From the NCBI GenBank assembly GCA_965219955.1, contig OZ244799.1, positions 2,688,001-2,752,000 on the forward strand: a stretch of 64,000 nucleotides of DNA, read 5' to 3'. How positions within the stretch are numbered: position 1 is the first letter of the stretch; each line of letters opens with the position of its first letter. A program made the translations under genes and the position numbers. This DNA is from a bacterium (GTDB taxonomy: Bacteria; UBA8248). The notes beneath the pieces are model-generated. The model had not been told where the DNA came from and ran no database searches. It was given only the letters and a program-made list of their open reading frames with translations. Shown one piece after another: positions 38,738-49,559 of the stretch.

Positions 38738-39838
38738 ATGGACGCGCCGGAGCCCGCCCGCCAGATAGCGCTCGATGAGGACGCGGGCGCGATATACGAG
38801 CACTTCTACGAGGAGGGCTGGACGGACGGGCTGCCCGTCATCCCGCCGACCGAGGAGCGCGTCGCCGAAACCTTACGCTTCACGGATTATGCTCCCCAAG
38901 ACGTCATCGCCCACGTTCCCCCGAGAAACGCGCCCGCCACGGTGGAGATCATCGCCATCAACGCCGTGATGGCGGGCTGCAGGCCGGAATACCTGCCCGT
39001 ACTCATCGCCGCCGTTCAGGCCATGACGGAACCCGCCTACAACCTCTACGGCCGCCAGACGACCACCCACCCCGGCGCGCACCTGATGATCGTCCACGGG
39101 CCGGTTCGGAACGAACTCGAGGTCAACTGCCGCCAGAACGTGTTCGGCCAGGGCTGGCGCGCCAACGCGACGCTGGGACGCGCGGTGAGGCTCCTGATGA
39201 TGAACGCAGGCGGCGGCATCCCCGGCGTGACGGACATGGCCACCCACGGGCATCCGGGAAAATACGCCTACACCATCGGCGAGGACGAGGAGGGCAGCCC
39301 CTGGCCCGCCTTTCACGTGGACAGAGGCCTCGCGCCAGATACTTCCGCCGTCACCATGCTCTGCGCCGAGTCGCCCCACAACGTGAACGACCTGGTGAGC
39401 AAGACGCCCCACAAATACCTGGGCACGGCGGCTTCGGCCATGAGCCATTTAGGTGCGAACGGCGTATACCGGAGCGGGCTTCCGAGCGAGCAGATGCTGG
39501 TGCTGACCGCGGAGGCCGCTACGTGGCTTTCGGATCAGGGGTGGTCGAAGGCCGACGTTTCCCGGTTCATCTTCGAGAACGCGCGTCAGCCGATTCGCCT
39601 GATGCGAGACCGCGGCGGCTTCGACATGACGCCGCTCGCCCCTTTCGTGAACTTAGAAGAAGACGAGGACATGGCCCCCATCGTCCCGAGGCCCGAAGAC
39701 ATCCTCATCGTGGTCGCCGGCGGCCACGGCCGCCACATGCAGGCTGTCCTCACGGCGAGCTACAACCTGAGCGTCACCAGGGCCATCACGAGAAAGGACG
39801 GAACGCCGATTGGATCGGTAAGGGAGTTTGTGGAGTAG
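38738..39838 (+). CDS. Conserved hypothetical protein typically adjacent to UGSC proteins
   Basis: GWTDGLPVIPPT.ERV, AVMAGC.PEY and RANATLGRA motifs; 7 nt after the UGSC gene. Confidence 0.8.
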   Translation: MDAPEPARQIALDEDAGAIYEHFYEEGWTDGLPVIPPTEERVAETLRFTDYAPQDVIAHVPPRNAPATVEIIAINAVMAGCRPEYLPVLIAAVQAMTEPAYNLYGRQTTTHPGAHLMIVHGPVRNELEVNCRQNVFGQGWRANATLGRAVRLLMMNAGGGIPGVTDMATHGHPGKYAYTIGEDEEGSPWPAFHVDRGLAPDTSAVTMLCAESPHNVNDLVSKTPHKYLGTAASAMSHLGANGVYRSGLPSEQMLVLTAEAATWLSDQGWSKADVSRFIFENARQPIRLMRDRGGFDMTPLAPFVNLEEDEDMAPIVPRPEDILIVVAGGHGRHMQAVLTASYNLSVTRAITRKDGTPIGSVREFVE

Positions 39839-39873
39839 GGGGGTAATACTTGAAAAAGAAGAATTGCAAATAA

Positions 39874-40380
39874 CTACGAGTCTCGGCCTGACTTCCTTCC
39901 GAACCCATAACCACCGGCGAACCCGGCGCCCAATCCTCCTAAACCCGTCAAAACCGGCGTAATGAGTTCTTTCGCACCGAATGTTAAAAACAACCAGGAC
40001 AAACCACCGCAAGCCAGCAAAACGACTACTAAAACACCCAAACCAAACCATTGGCTTCTTTTCTGGGCTTCTGTTTGAAAGGCTAATTTCTGTTGTGCGA
40101 AATGAAACTCGTTCTCATCCCTTTTGCGCGCGCTTTCCAGACCGCTTTTCATAAGATCGTGCCGAGCTTCCGGACTCAAATCTTTCAATATCTCAGGATT
40201 CGCCCATGGAGGACCTGAATGTTCGGTTAAACGCAATCCGAGAATGTTCTGAGTGCTTGGGTTATCTGGTACAGGCGTTACATTGGAGGGTGCCAAAACT
40301 TCGGGGTCTTTGGGGGAGTCATCAGTTTTCTCGGCATCCAAGTTTTCAGAGCCCGAATCGGTCACGTACTTCCCTTTCAT
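39874..40380 (-). CDS. Low-GC membrane protein with two C-terminal TM helices (DUF2335-like); start uncertain
   Basis: SGPP...PEIL motif, helical region, then two hydrophobic segments. Confidence 0.6.
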   Translation of the reverse strand: MKGKYVTDSGSENLDAEKTDDSPKDPEVLAPSNVTPVPDNPSTQNILGLRLTEHSGPPWANPEILKDLSPEARHDLMKSGLESARKRDENEFHFAQQKLAFQTEAQKRSQWFGLGVLVVVLLACGGLSWLFLTFGAKELITPVLTGLGGLGAGFAGGYGFGRKSGRDS

Positions 40381-40684
40381 ATTTCGTCGCTTCATCGAAA
40401 GCATACGCATCGAACTCGGACTCTAAATCAAAAACGGATCCGCTCGCCTGCATGGATTCCGAAAAAGCCGCCCAAAGATGGTAAAGAGCAAATGCGTACG
40501 CCTCGTTTTGAACGGGGTCGCTATCATCCAGCTTGCCTTCGTTCTCATCCAACCTTTTTTCGAATTCCGATTGTAATCTTTTCAATCTATTCAGGGATTC
40601 TTCCATCTCGCTCAGCGAAGGCCGCCTTGACAATGGATAAAAACCACCACCATACATTTCATTACTCCCGGATATTTTTCTCAT
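40346..40684 (-). CDS. Low-GC hypothetical protein
   Basis: 112-aa helical ORF overlapping the downstream membrane protein gene. Confidence 0.5.
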   Translation of the reverse strand: MRKISGSNEMYGGGFYPLSRRPSLSEMEESLNRLKRLQSEFEKRLDENEGKLDDSDPVQNEAYAFALYHLWAAFSESMQASGSVFDLESEFDAYAFDEATKYEREVRDRFGL

Positions 40685-40777
40685 TCGATGAACTATACCT
40701 TACTTCTTAAACGGAACATCATCAAGATCATATGAAAAATCAAGATAATTTCAACCGGAAAACAAACTAATCCCCCC

Positions 40778-42133
40778 CTACCCCTCCAGGTCCATGCCGA
40801 ACTGGCCGGCGAGGTGGGTGATGAGCTTGCCGGCGGCGTCATCGCTCATCCAGCCGCGCGCGGTGGCCGTCTCGAGCGCCGTGCTCACGCGCAGGAGCGC
40901 CTCGGACATCTTCTCGGTGTCGCGCACGGAGATATCCGGCAGAACGGGCGAGACGCCCGAGCGCAGCGCCTCATCAGAAAGCGCGCCCGCGCGCCGGGCT
41001 TCTTCGAGTTGTTTATCCGCCATGGCTTGCAGGATATGGCGCACGGTGCGCTGGCGGCGCGTCATCTTCTTCAAGGTGGGCTGATCCATCGACTCCGCCG
41101 AAGCGCGGTTCACGTCCTCTCCCTGGGCGAACCAGTGGGAGGGAACGCCCACGCCGCCCAGGAGCAGGCCCCGCATCATCTTGGCGATGCCCTGCGCGCC
41201 GGATTCGCCTCCCTTCAAGTCGGGCGAGACGGCCTGCCACTCCTCTTTTTCGTTGTGCACGCGCACGCTCGAGGGCTTGGGCGCGACGCCGTTCTCGGCG
41301 AGCCACTCGGCTATCTTCTCGGGGCCTGCGCCCTTCAAGGTCACGTCGTAGATGAAGCTGTTCTGCAGGCGCGCACGCTCGACGGCGTCGAAGATGAAGC
41401 GCTCATAGGTGTCTATCCAGTCGATGGCGGCGAGCAGGTCCGAAGCGCCCCGCGCGGCGTCGCTCGCCTTGTTGATCTGGAACAGGAACGCCTCCCCGTC
41501 CGTGAAGCGCGCACGCTCCCGCCGGGCGGAGGCGCTCAGATAGCCGCGCGGGTCGCCGCCCAGGACCGTTCTGACCCGCTTGCCCTTGCGCGCCGCGCCA
41601 CCCGGCCCCTGGGCGCGCAGGACGACTCCGATCGGTAGAGCGCAGTTGTCCGGGTCCGTCACCACCTCTTCTATCAGGCGCGGGCTGACGTAGCCCAGGC
41701 GGACGCGCCCCTCAAAGCGCGAGACGGCGACGGGCAGGAGAAGTTCCCCGAAGATGCCGAGTTCGGAGACCAGCCGCTCGAAGCGGATGTCCATCTGGTT
41801 CACGGGGTCGCTCCAGAACGCCCTGACTGCCTGCAGGGCGCGCTCATCCTCGGAATGCCAGCTCACTCCCTCGCCCACGACGTGATCCGTCACGATCTCG
41901 ATGAGGCGCTGGCCCATGAGGTTCGTGAGCCATAATTCATACGCCAGCGCCTGCATGCGGGTGTGGGTGTAGGGCGAAACCCCGCCGCGCCCCTCGCCGA
42001 GGGGCCGCCAGATTCTCTCGTCCGGATCGATCGCCGCGCTCATCCGCCCTGAACGCTGCGCGGCCTCCCCTTTTCTCTTGAGTCGCGACTTCCGCCCGGG
42101 GGCCTTCACCCTCTTTGCACTTTCCATCTTCAT
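40778..42133 (-). CDS. Phage portal protein
   Basis: 451 aa directly after the terminase; IFGEL, RG.SDL...IDWID, VRVHN, GVP.HWF and NRASAE patterns; ATGA overlap. Confidence 0.8.
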   Translation of the reverse strand: MKMESAKRVKAPGRKSRLKRKGEAAQRSGRMSAAIDPDERIWRPLGEGRGGVSPYTHTRMQALAYELWLTNLMGQRLIEIVTDHVVGEGVSWHSEDERALQAVRAFWSDPVNQMDIRFERLVSELGIFGELLLPVAVSRFEGRVRLGYVSPRLIEEVVTDPDNCALPIGVVLRAQGPGGAARKGKRVRTVLGGDPRGYLSASARRERARFTDGEAFLFQINKASDAARGASDLLAAIDWIDTYERFIFDAVERARLQNSFIYDVTLKGAGPEKIAEWLAENGVAPKPSSVRVHNEKEEWQAVSPDLKGGESGAQGIAKMMRGLLLGGVGVPSHWFAQGEDVNRASAESMDQPTLKKMTRRQRTVRHILQAMADKQLEEARRAGALSDEALRSGVSPVLPDISVRDTEKMSEALLRVSTALETATARGWMSDDAAGKLITHLAGQFGMDLEG

Positions 42134-42777
42134 CTCCTCTTGAGAATCCGCTTGTTCAGAGCCTGCGGCATCACCGTTCCCCCGGCGAGGGGGACCAGTA
42201 TTCCCTCGCTCTGCGCCAGGGATTCGGCCAGCCGCGCATAGGCGCAGGCGAAGCCGAAGTGGTTCTCGTTCCGCTCATACGCCAGCACCGTCTCACCGGA
42301 GGAGCGGATGCGCGGTTTTTTCCTCAAATTCATCAGGTGACGCTCCACCTCGGCGAGGAGCGCCTCCTCCCCGGTGTCCCCGGGACTCGGCAGCAGGACC
42401 CGCCCGGCCCCTTCGTGAAACTCCTCGACCAGGTGATCCAAAAGGTCTTCGCGGTCCATCCGCACGTGGCGGCGCTCGACGCCCAGAAACGAGACGTCCC
42501 TGGTCTGCATCTCCCCCTCGGTGTGCCGCCAGATGAAGCCGCCCTCGGGGTTCAGGTCGTACACCGCGCGCGCGGACTGGGTGTGGGGTCCGCCGTCTAT
42601 GACGAACGCTTCCACCCCGAGACCCGAGAACACGGCGCGGCACCGCTCGACGAGCCGCTCGATGGGAGGCGCTTCGAAATAAATCCACCGGGCGGGCCGG
42701 CCCTCCTCGCGCTCGCGCACCGCGACCGCGCATACGTCCCCCGTATCGATTCCGCAGAAACGATAGCCCGCGCTCAT
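42130..42777 (-). CDS. Large terminase nuclease domain encoded as a separate gene
   Basis: RNase H-like CGIDTG, FVIDG.P and NHF..A..YA motifs; ATGA overlaps on both sides. Confidence 0.7.
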   Translation of the reverse strand: MSAGYRFCGIDTGDVCAVAVREREEGRPARWIYFEAPPIERLVERCRAVFSGLGVEAFVIDGGPHTQSARAVYDLNPEGGFIWRHTEGEMQTRDVSFLGVERRHVRMDREDLLDHLVEEFHEGAGRVLLPSPGDTGEEALLAEVERHLMNLRKKPRIRSSGETVLAYERNENHFGFACAYARLAESLAQSEGILVPLAGGTVMPQALNKRILKRR

Positions 42778-43832
42778 GCGGGCGCCTCCGCCAGGTGGTA
42801 GGGTGCGGCGTTGCGCAGACTTCTAAGCAGTTCATGCGAAATCGGCTGGGTGTCACCCGCATCAGGGATGGCGAGCGACGAGCAGCGAAAGCGCGCCTTT
42901 TCGCTCGGAAGAGAGGCGGCGGCCCATTTCGCCGCGACCCGGTCCAGACGCACCGCGCCGACCGCAAGCTGGGAGAGGCGATAGCTCCTGTGCTGGGGTC
43001 TCACGCGCGCGGCTTTCCACCGTCCCGCCCCCCTGTCGAGCGCGCCGCCGCAGTCCGGGCAGACGAGGCCATTTGCACACAGGATCCCCGGCCAGTGCTC
43101 CTCCGGAACGCTCTCGGCGCGGCATGTCGGACACCTCACGCGCCAGCGTCTTTGATCCCCACCCTCGTACATGGCGTGAATGCCGGCGCCCGGGGTTCTC
43201 CCCACGGCCAGGTTGAACGTCAGGGCGAGAGGGGAGGCGTCGATGCGGTCGTTCGACCACTTGAGGTTGTCCGGCGGAAGATCGTCCACCTCGTCGCGGA
43301 CAAGCACGTCGAGCGGGATGGATATGGCGTTGCCGATGTCCCTGAGACCCAGGATGTACAGAAAACGCGAACCCCCGCGGCCGGGGAACTCCTTCAAGCC
43401 CTTGGGGGATGCGCCCTTGTATTTTCCCTCGCGCATGATCGAGGCGATACTTTCGTTTCGAATCACCGGGCGCACGCGCGTCTGATCGAAGCGGTCCGCG
43501 AAATCCTGATCCGGCAGAAAATAGCCCACGTTCAGGCGGTGGACGATGACGCAGTAGAGCGCGAAACCGATGGCGAGGGTGGTCATGCCCACCTGCGCGC
43601 CCTTCAGGACGCTGATGGTCCGATCGGGCGTGCGTTTTCCGAGAACCTCGTCGAGCGCGGCGGCGGGCTCCAACAGCGCCTCTCTGCCTTTGAAGGTGAA
43701 AGCGCCGTTATCGGTCGACACCTCGCTCGTCAGAAACCGGGCCAGCCCCTGCATCCCGCCCGAAAAACGCGACGCGCCGTCCGCCGCGAGGTCCATGCCG
43801 GGCGTCCGAATGATTTTCAGGGACTTTCGCAC
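42774..43832 (-). CDS. Large terminase ATPase domain (lambda GpA-like)
   Basis: KGAQVGMT (GpA-type Walker A), LVRDEVD (Walker B), GDQRRW.V.CP.C...CPDCG; GTG with GGAGGAG RBS. Confidence 0.85.
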   Translation of the reverse strand: MRKSLKIIRTPGMDLAADGASRFSGGMQGLARFLTSEVSTDNGAFTFKGREALLEPAAALDEVLGKRTPDRTISVLKGAQVGMTTLAIGFALYCVIVHRLNVGYFLPDQDFADRFDQTRVRPVIRNESIASIMREGKYKGASPKGLKEFPGRGGSRFLYILGLRDIGNAISIPLDVLVRDEVDDLPPDNLKWSNDRIDASPLALTFNLAVGRTPGAGIHAMYEGGDQRRWRVRCPTCRAESVPEEHWPGILCANGLVCPDCGGALDRGAGRWKAARVRPQHRSYRLSQLAVGAVRLDRVAAKWAAASLPSEKARFRCSSLAIPDAGDTQPISHELLRSLRNAAPYHLAEAPA

Positions 43833-43880
43833 GGGGACTCCTCCAGTCCAGGGATGCCGCGCGCATCCTCACGGGGGAGG

Positions 43881-43933
43881 AATATAGGGGATGGGGCCTG
43901 TAAGCCCTGACGCGCAAATGCGGGGAAATGCGC
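43881..43933 (-). promoter_or_regulatory. Putative activator-dependent promoter of the terminase-portal cluster
   Basis: Identical 23-bp box at 43911-43933; 24-nt spacer; TATATT at 43886-43881 (minus strand). Confidence 0.75.
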
Positions 43934-44070
43934 GCTTCGGCGCTCCTTGCACCGCGAATCCGCCTGAGTCTGAAATCGTCTTCGGCCCGCTCGGTGATGA
44001 GCTCGTCTTTTTGATCAAGCGCGTATCCGGAACCTTTGAAACCGAAACGCCGGGCAACCTCTTGCCGTAA

Positions 44071-44449
44071 GCGGCTGTTGAAAAACCTCGTTTTGTGCGG
44101 CCGGTATTGGGTGTTACGCGACGGCCCTCCTTCCTGCCGCGCAGGCGGCAACGAAACCTCATCCTGAGTAGGCGCGATAGCGCCGTATCGAAGGTTTGAC
44201 CCGACCGAAGAGGAAGGGTCAAAAGGCGCCTCCCGGCGTGCGGAGCAATCGCTTCCGCATTGGGCGCGATTGACCTTCGATACAAACACTCCTTTCTCAG
44301 TCGCGTTTGACCTTCAGCGGCTACTCAGGGTGAGGGGTGTCGGGGGTCGGCGGAGCCTGTCCCCAGCGAAGTCGAGGGAGCCTGTCCTGAGCCTGTCGAA
44401 GGGCCGCTACTCAGGATGAGAGAGATGTGAGGACTTTTTCAACAACCTC
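44071..44449. mobile_element. MITE with perfect TSD CGTAA
   Basis: cgtaa|gcggctgttgaaaaa ... tttttcaacaacctc|cgtaa; the internal module is an inverted homolog of 11257-11408. Confidence 0.87.
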
Positions 44450-44889
44450 CGTAAGCCGTTGATCGCGCCCCCGACTTCCTGTAAATCCCTCCTTGAAACG
44501 ATGTCGAATGAAAGGGCAGGGCTCGCCGTGCCCTTCTTGTAACCGGGCGCGTGCTACACAGGCGGCGCTCCTGATGGTATAGTGGGGGCTACACTCATCC
44601 ATCGCCCAGGAATGTTCTGGAGACGATTGGGGGCTTCCCCCGCGAGGAATCCCTATTTTCCTTGACTGAACGGCCGGCTTCGACACCCTTCGGGGCGCGA
44701 AACCATCTCAAGGAGATTGGTGTATGCGTCGCGCCACGATGAGGATCAAGCCCGGAGGCGTCGGGAAAACACCGACCGGGTGAAGTGGGGGCCGCATCTA
44801 CGCGGCGGAAGGCGGGTGGAACCGCCGCTTCAAGCCCGAACAAAAATTTTATGGATTATTGTTTCAATTTCTAAAGGAGGTTCAAAAAG

Positions 44890-46173
<1,284 letters not shown>

Positions 46174-46187
46174 GCCGTTCAGGAAAA

Positions 46188-46212
46188 GACCCCGGGGCGC
46201 GTCCCCGGGGTC
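46188..46212 (+). terminator. Hairpin after amtB
   Basis: gaccccgggg-cgcgt-ccccggggtc. Confidence 0.55.
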
Positions 46213-46246
46213 GCGCGTTCCCGCGAAAGCACAGCCTCCCCTATTC

Positions 46247-46686
46247 GGGATTGTTGGAAAAGTCCTTGCGGGCCGTGGTGGTTCTGTAGGGGTCGCATAC
46301 ATGCGACCCGTGTTCCAACGGCAAAAAGCAGGGACGCATGTATGCGTCCCCTACGGAGGGCTGTTTAAAAAATCTCGATCTGCGAGGTTCCGACTCGTCA
46401 GATGAAAGAGCGAGAAACACTCCCCCCTTGAGGGGGCCGTTGAAAAAACCCCTCGATGCAGGAAAACCACCGTCATTCCGGCGAAAGCCGGAATCCATTT
46501 TATGATTTTTGCTTTCGTTTTCGCATTTGATTCCGACTCGCGGGAGGGAGCGTCGCGCCCGAATCCGGAACGGATGAGGCAAATATATATGGCGGCGTCC
46601 GTATCTTCTCCGGTCGGGAGAGAGGACGTCCGGGCGAAAGGCCGAAGACAAAGGCGAAAATGGATTCCGGCTTTCGCCGGAATGAC
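46247..46686. mobile_element. MITE composite with three left TIRs and no visible right TIR
   Basis: TIR variants at 46247, 46357 and 46433; GTAG-REP pair 46286-46354; RPE4-like 46472-46686. Confidence 0.7.
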
Positions 46687-46888
46687 GAACAAACATATAA
46701 ATCAAATCACCCGGCATGTCAATCGTTCGACTGGCCACGCCCGGATGGCATAACCGACTGATAATACTTGATTAAATAACATATCTTTCGAATTTCCCCT
46801 CTTGCGTTTTCGTCATATTTATGCTTGAATACGCTCTCGTTTGACGTCGCTTGTATGCGATTTGATTACATATTTGTCCGGAGGACAC

Positions 46889-48068
46889 ATGCCGAGAAGA
46901 AGCGAATTCAGGCTCACCAAGCGCGCGGTCGACGCGCTCTCCGTCAAGGAGAAGGACGCCGTTTTCTGGGACCGGGACCTGGCAGGCTTCGGGGTGCGGG
47001 TGCACGCAACGGGGCGTAAGGTCTACGTGGTGCAGTCGAGAGGACCCAGGGGTCCCGTGCGCGTGACGCTCGGCCGCCACGGGGCGCTCTCGTGCGATGA
47101 GGCCAGGAAACGCGCCGCGCCCGTAATCGACCGGATCAGGCGGGGCGAGGAGCCCCTCTCCGGAGAGGCGGAACCCGCTCCCACGGTGGCGGACCTGGCC
47201 GAACGCTTCATGCGCGAGTACGTCGCGAGGCGCTGCAAGCCGTCCACGGCGCCCAAGTACCGCTCCGTGCTCGACAACCATATCCTGCCGGCGCTGGGTC
47301 CGATGAGCGTGGCAGACGTGGGCAGGGCGGAGGCCGCGGCGCTCCACCACGCCCTTCGTGCGACGCCGGGGACGGCGAACGCGGCGATAGACGTGCTCAA
47401 GCGGATGTTCGCGCTTGCCGAGGCGTGGGAACTGGCGCCGCCCGGCCGGAACCCGTGCCGGAGGCTTCGCCGCTACAGGACGCGCAAGCGGGAGCGGTTC
47501 CTGACGCAAGAGGAATACCGGCGCCTGGGCCGTGTGCTCGCAGAGGCGCAAGGCGAGTTCTGGCCGCCCGCGCTCGGGGCGATCAGGGTTCTCCTCCTGA
47601 CGGGATGCCGGAGGGACGAGGTGCTGAACTTGCACTGGGACGACGTGGACCGCGCGGCAGGGGAACTGAGACTCAAGGACACGAAGACGGGACCGCGGAT
47701 GGTGCCGCTGACGGGGCCTGTGCTCGAAGTGCTGGACGGGGTTCCACGAAAGCCTGAAAATCCCTGGGTGTTCCGCGCCCAGCGGGGGGAGAATCGAATT
47801 TCGAACCTCTACCACTACTGGAAACCCCTGCGGGCGCGGGCGGGGGCTCGGGGAGGTGAGGCTTCACGACCTGCGCCACTCGTATGCGAGCCGGGCGCTC
47901 GCGCTGGGTGAGGGGCTGCCCGTGATCGGGGCGCTGCTCGGACACGGCGAGGTAGCGGCGACGGCGCGCTACGCGCACCTGATGCGAGACGCCGAGCGGG
48001 CGGCGGCCGCCCGTGTGGGGGAGAGCATCGGCGTCCACGTCGCGAACGGGAGGACGGGCGCCTCATGA
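46889..48068 (+). pseudogene. Tyrosine integrase (arm-binding N-terminal domain), frameshifted near 47845
   Basis: FWDRDLAGFGVRV and TGCR..E in one frame; HDLRHSYAS...LGH....TARY in the +1 frame; one extra G in gcgggggctc. Confidence 0.85.
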
Positions 48069-49225
48069 GTACGATCTCGAACCGGATGGTGGGGAAACTG
48101 AAAGTGGCGAAAGACACTGTCTTCTGGGATAAGGAGCTCACCGGCTTCGGGGTCAGGGTCTATCCCACGGGGAGCAAGGTCTATATCGCGCAGGCGCGGG
48201 GGCCTGCGGGACCGAGACGGGTGACGGTCGGCCGCCACGGCGTAATCAACGCCGAGGAGGCGAGAAGGCGCGCGGCTCTCCTCATCGCGCAGATCAAGGC
48301 GGGCAGCGAGGCTGTTCCCAAGCCGCTCAGTCCCAGGGCCGGGCCCACCGTGGCCGAACTCGCCGGGCGCTACATGGCGGAACACGTCGAGGTAAGGTGC
48401 AAGCCGCGCACGGCCGCCGCGGTCCAGGTGGCGCTCAGGGCGCACGTGTTGCCCGCCCTGGGGAAGATGCCGCTCGCATCGCTCGAACGCTCGCGGGTGG
48501 CGGCGCTCCACCGGGGACTCCACGAGACGCCGGCGGCGGCGAACGCGGCGCTGCGGGTACTCTCCTCGATGTTCGAGGCGGCAGGCGACTGGGGGCTCGT
48601 TGCCGAGGGGACGAACCCGTGCCGCGGGGTCGCGCAATACCCCCGCCGCAGGCGGGAGCGGTTCCTCACGGAGGCGGAGTTCGAACGGCTGGGATGCGCG
48701 CTCGACGCGCTGGAGGCGGAGGGCGGCGCGTCCGCCTGCGCCGTGGCCGCCGTCAGGCTCCTGATGCTGACCGGGTGCCGGAAGTCCGAGGTCCTCTCGC
48801 TTCGCTGGGAGGACGTGGCGCTCGAAGAAGCGGAACTGAGGCTCGCGGACTCCAAGACGGGCGCGCGCGTGGTCCCGCTGCCACCGGCGGCTGTCGAACT
48901 GCTCGCCGCCCTCCCGCGTCTTCCCGGAAATCCCTGGGTCATCCCGGGCGCGAAGCCGGGCGCGCGCCTGAGCGGGCTCGATCACGCCTGGCGAAAGGTC
49001 CGGGCGCGGGCGGGTCTGGAGGACGTGCGGGTCCACGACCTGCGCCACTCCTACGCCTCGAGGGCCCTGGCGCTGGGCGAGAATCTGGCCATGATCGGGA
49101 AGCTGCTGGGCCACTCCCACATACAGACCACGGCGCGCTACGCGCATCTCGCGCGCGACACGGTGCGCGAGGCCGCGGAGCGGATAGCGCGGAGCATCGC
49201 GGCCGACCTGCCGGACGGGCGCTAG
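48065..49225 (+). CDS. Tyrosine integrase (intact tandem paralog)
   Basis: [29 protein letters not shown] and LGHS...TTARYAH motifs. Confidence 0.93.
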   Translation: MSTISNRMVGKLKVAKDTVFWDKELTGFGVRVYPTGSKVYIAQARGPAGPRRVTVGRHGVINAEEARRRAALLIAQIKAGSEAVPKPLSPRAGPTVAELAGRYMAEHVEVRCKPRTAAAVQVALRAHVLPALGKMPLASLERSRVAALHRGLHETPAAANAALRVLSSMFEAAGDWGLVAEGTNPCRGVAQYPRRRRERFLTEAEFERLGCALDALEAEGGASACAVAAVRLLMLTGCRKSEVLSLRWEDVALEEAELRLADSKTGARVVPLPPAAVELLAALPRLPGNPWVIPGAKPGARLSGLDHAWRKVRARAGLEDVRVHDLRHSYASRALALGENLAMIGKLLGHSHIQTTARYAHLARDTVREAAERIARSIAADLPDGR

Positions 49226-49509
49226 CGCATCGCGTCCCGCAGGGCCTTGCCCGCCTTGAAGGACGGCGTCTTCGAGGCGGCGATGGCGATGGACTCCCCC
49301 GTGGCGGGGTTTCGTCCCTGACGCGCCGGAGGGGCCGGGCGGCGCCCGCCGTCCCCGCCCCGGAACGCGCAGCGCAAGGGATAAGCCCGAGCCCGCGGCT
49401 CGTGAGCTTCGCCCGCGTCCCGGCCCGGCGAGGTCGAGGGAGAGCGTCTCACGGCTCCCCTCGCGCCGGACCACCCGGCCCCCGTTCCCGTTTTCCGAAG
49501 GGCGCCACC
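49222..49509 (-). pseudogene. HU gene 3' remnant fused to its upstream region (deletion copy of 59663-60255)
   Basis: [33 protein letters not shown]; joined at GCCG microhomology to the sequence homologous to 60081-60255. Confidence 0.8.
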
Positions 49510-49559
49510 ATGGCGCGATCGGGTTGCACGGCCTGATCCGCGCATCTGACGGCGAGGTG

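Noticed and set aside
46690-46800. tRNA/tmRNA attachment site at the island edge
   Set aside because: No cloverleaf or T-loop/CCA pattern is recognisable.
47856-48068. Separate 70-aa gene
   Set aside because: It is the frameshifted C-terminus of integrase 1.
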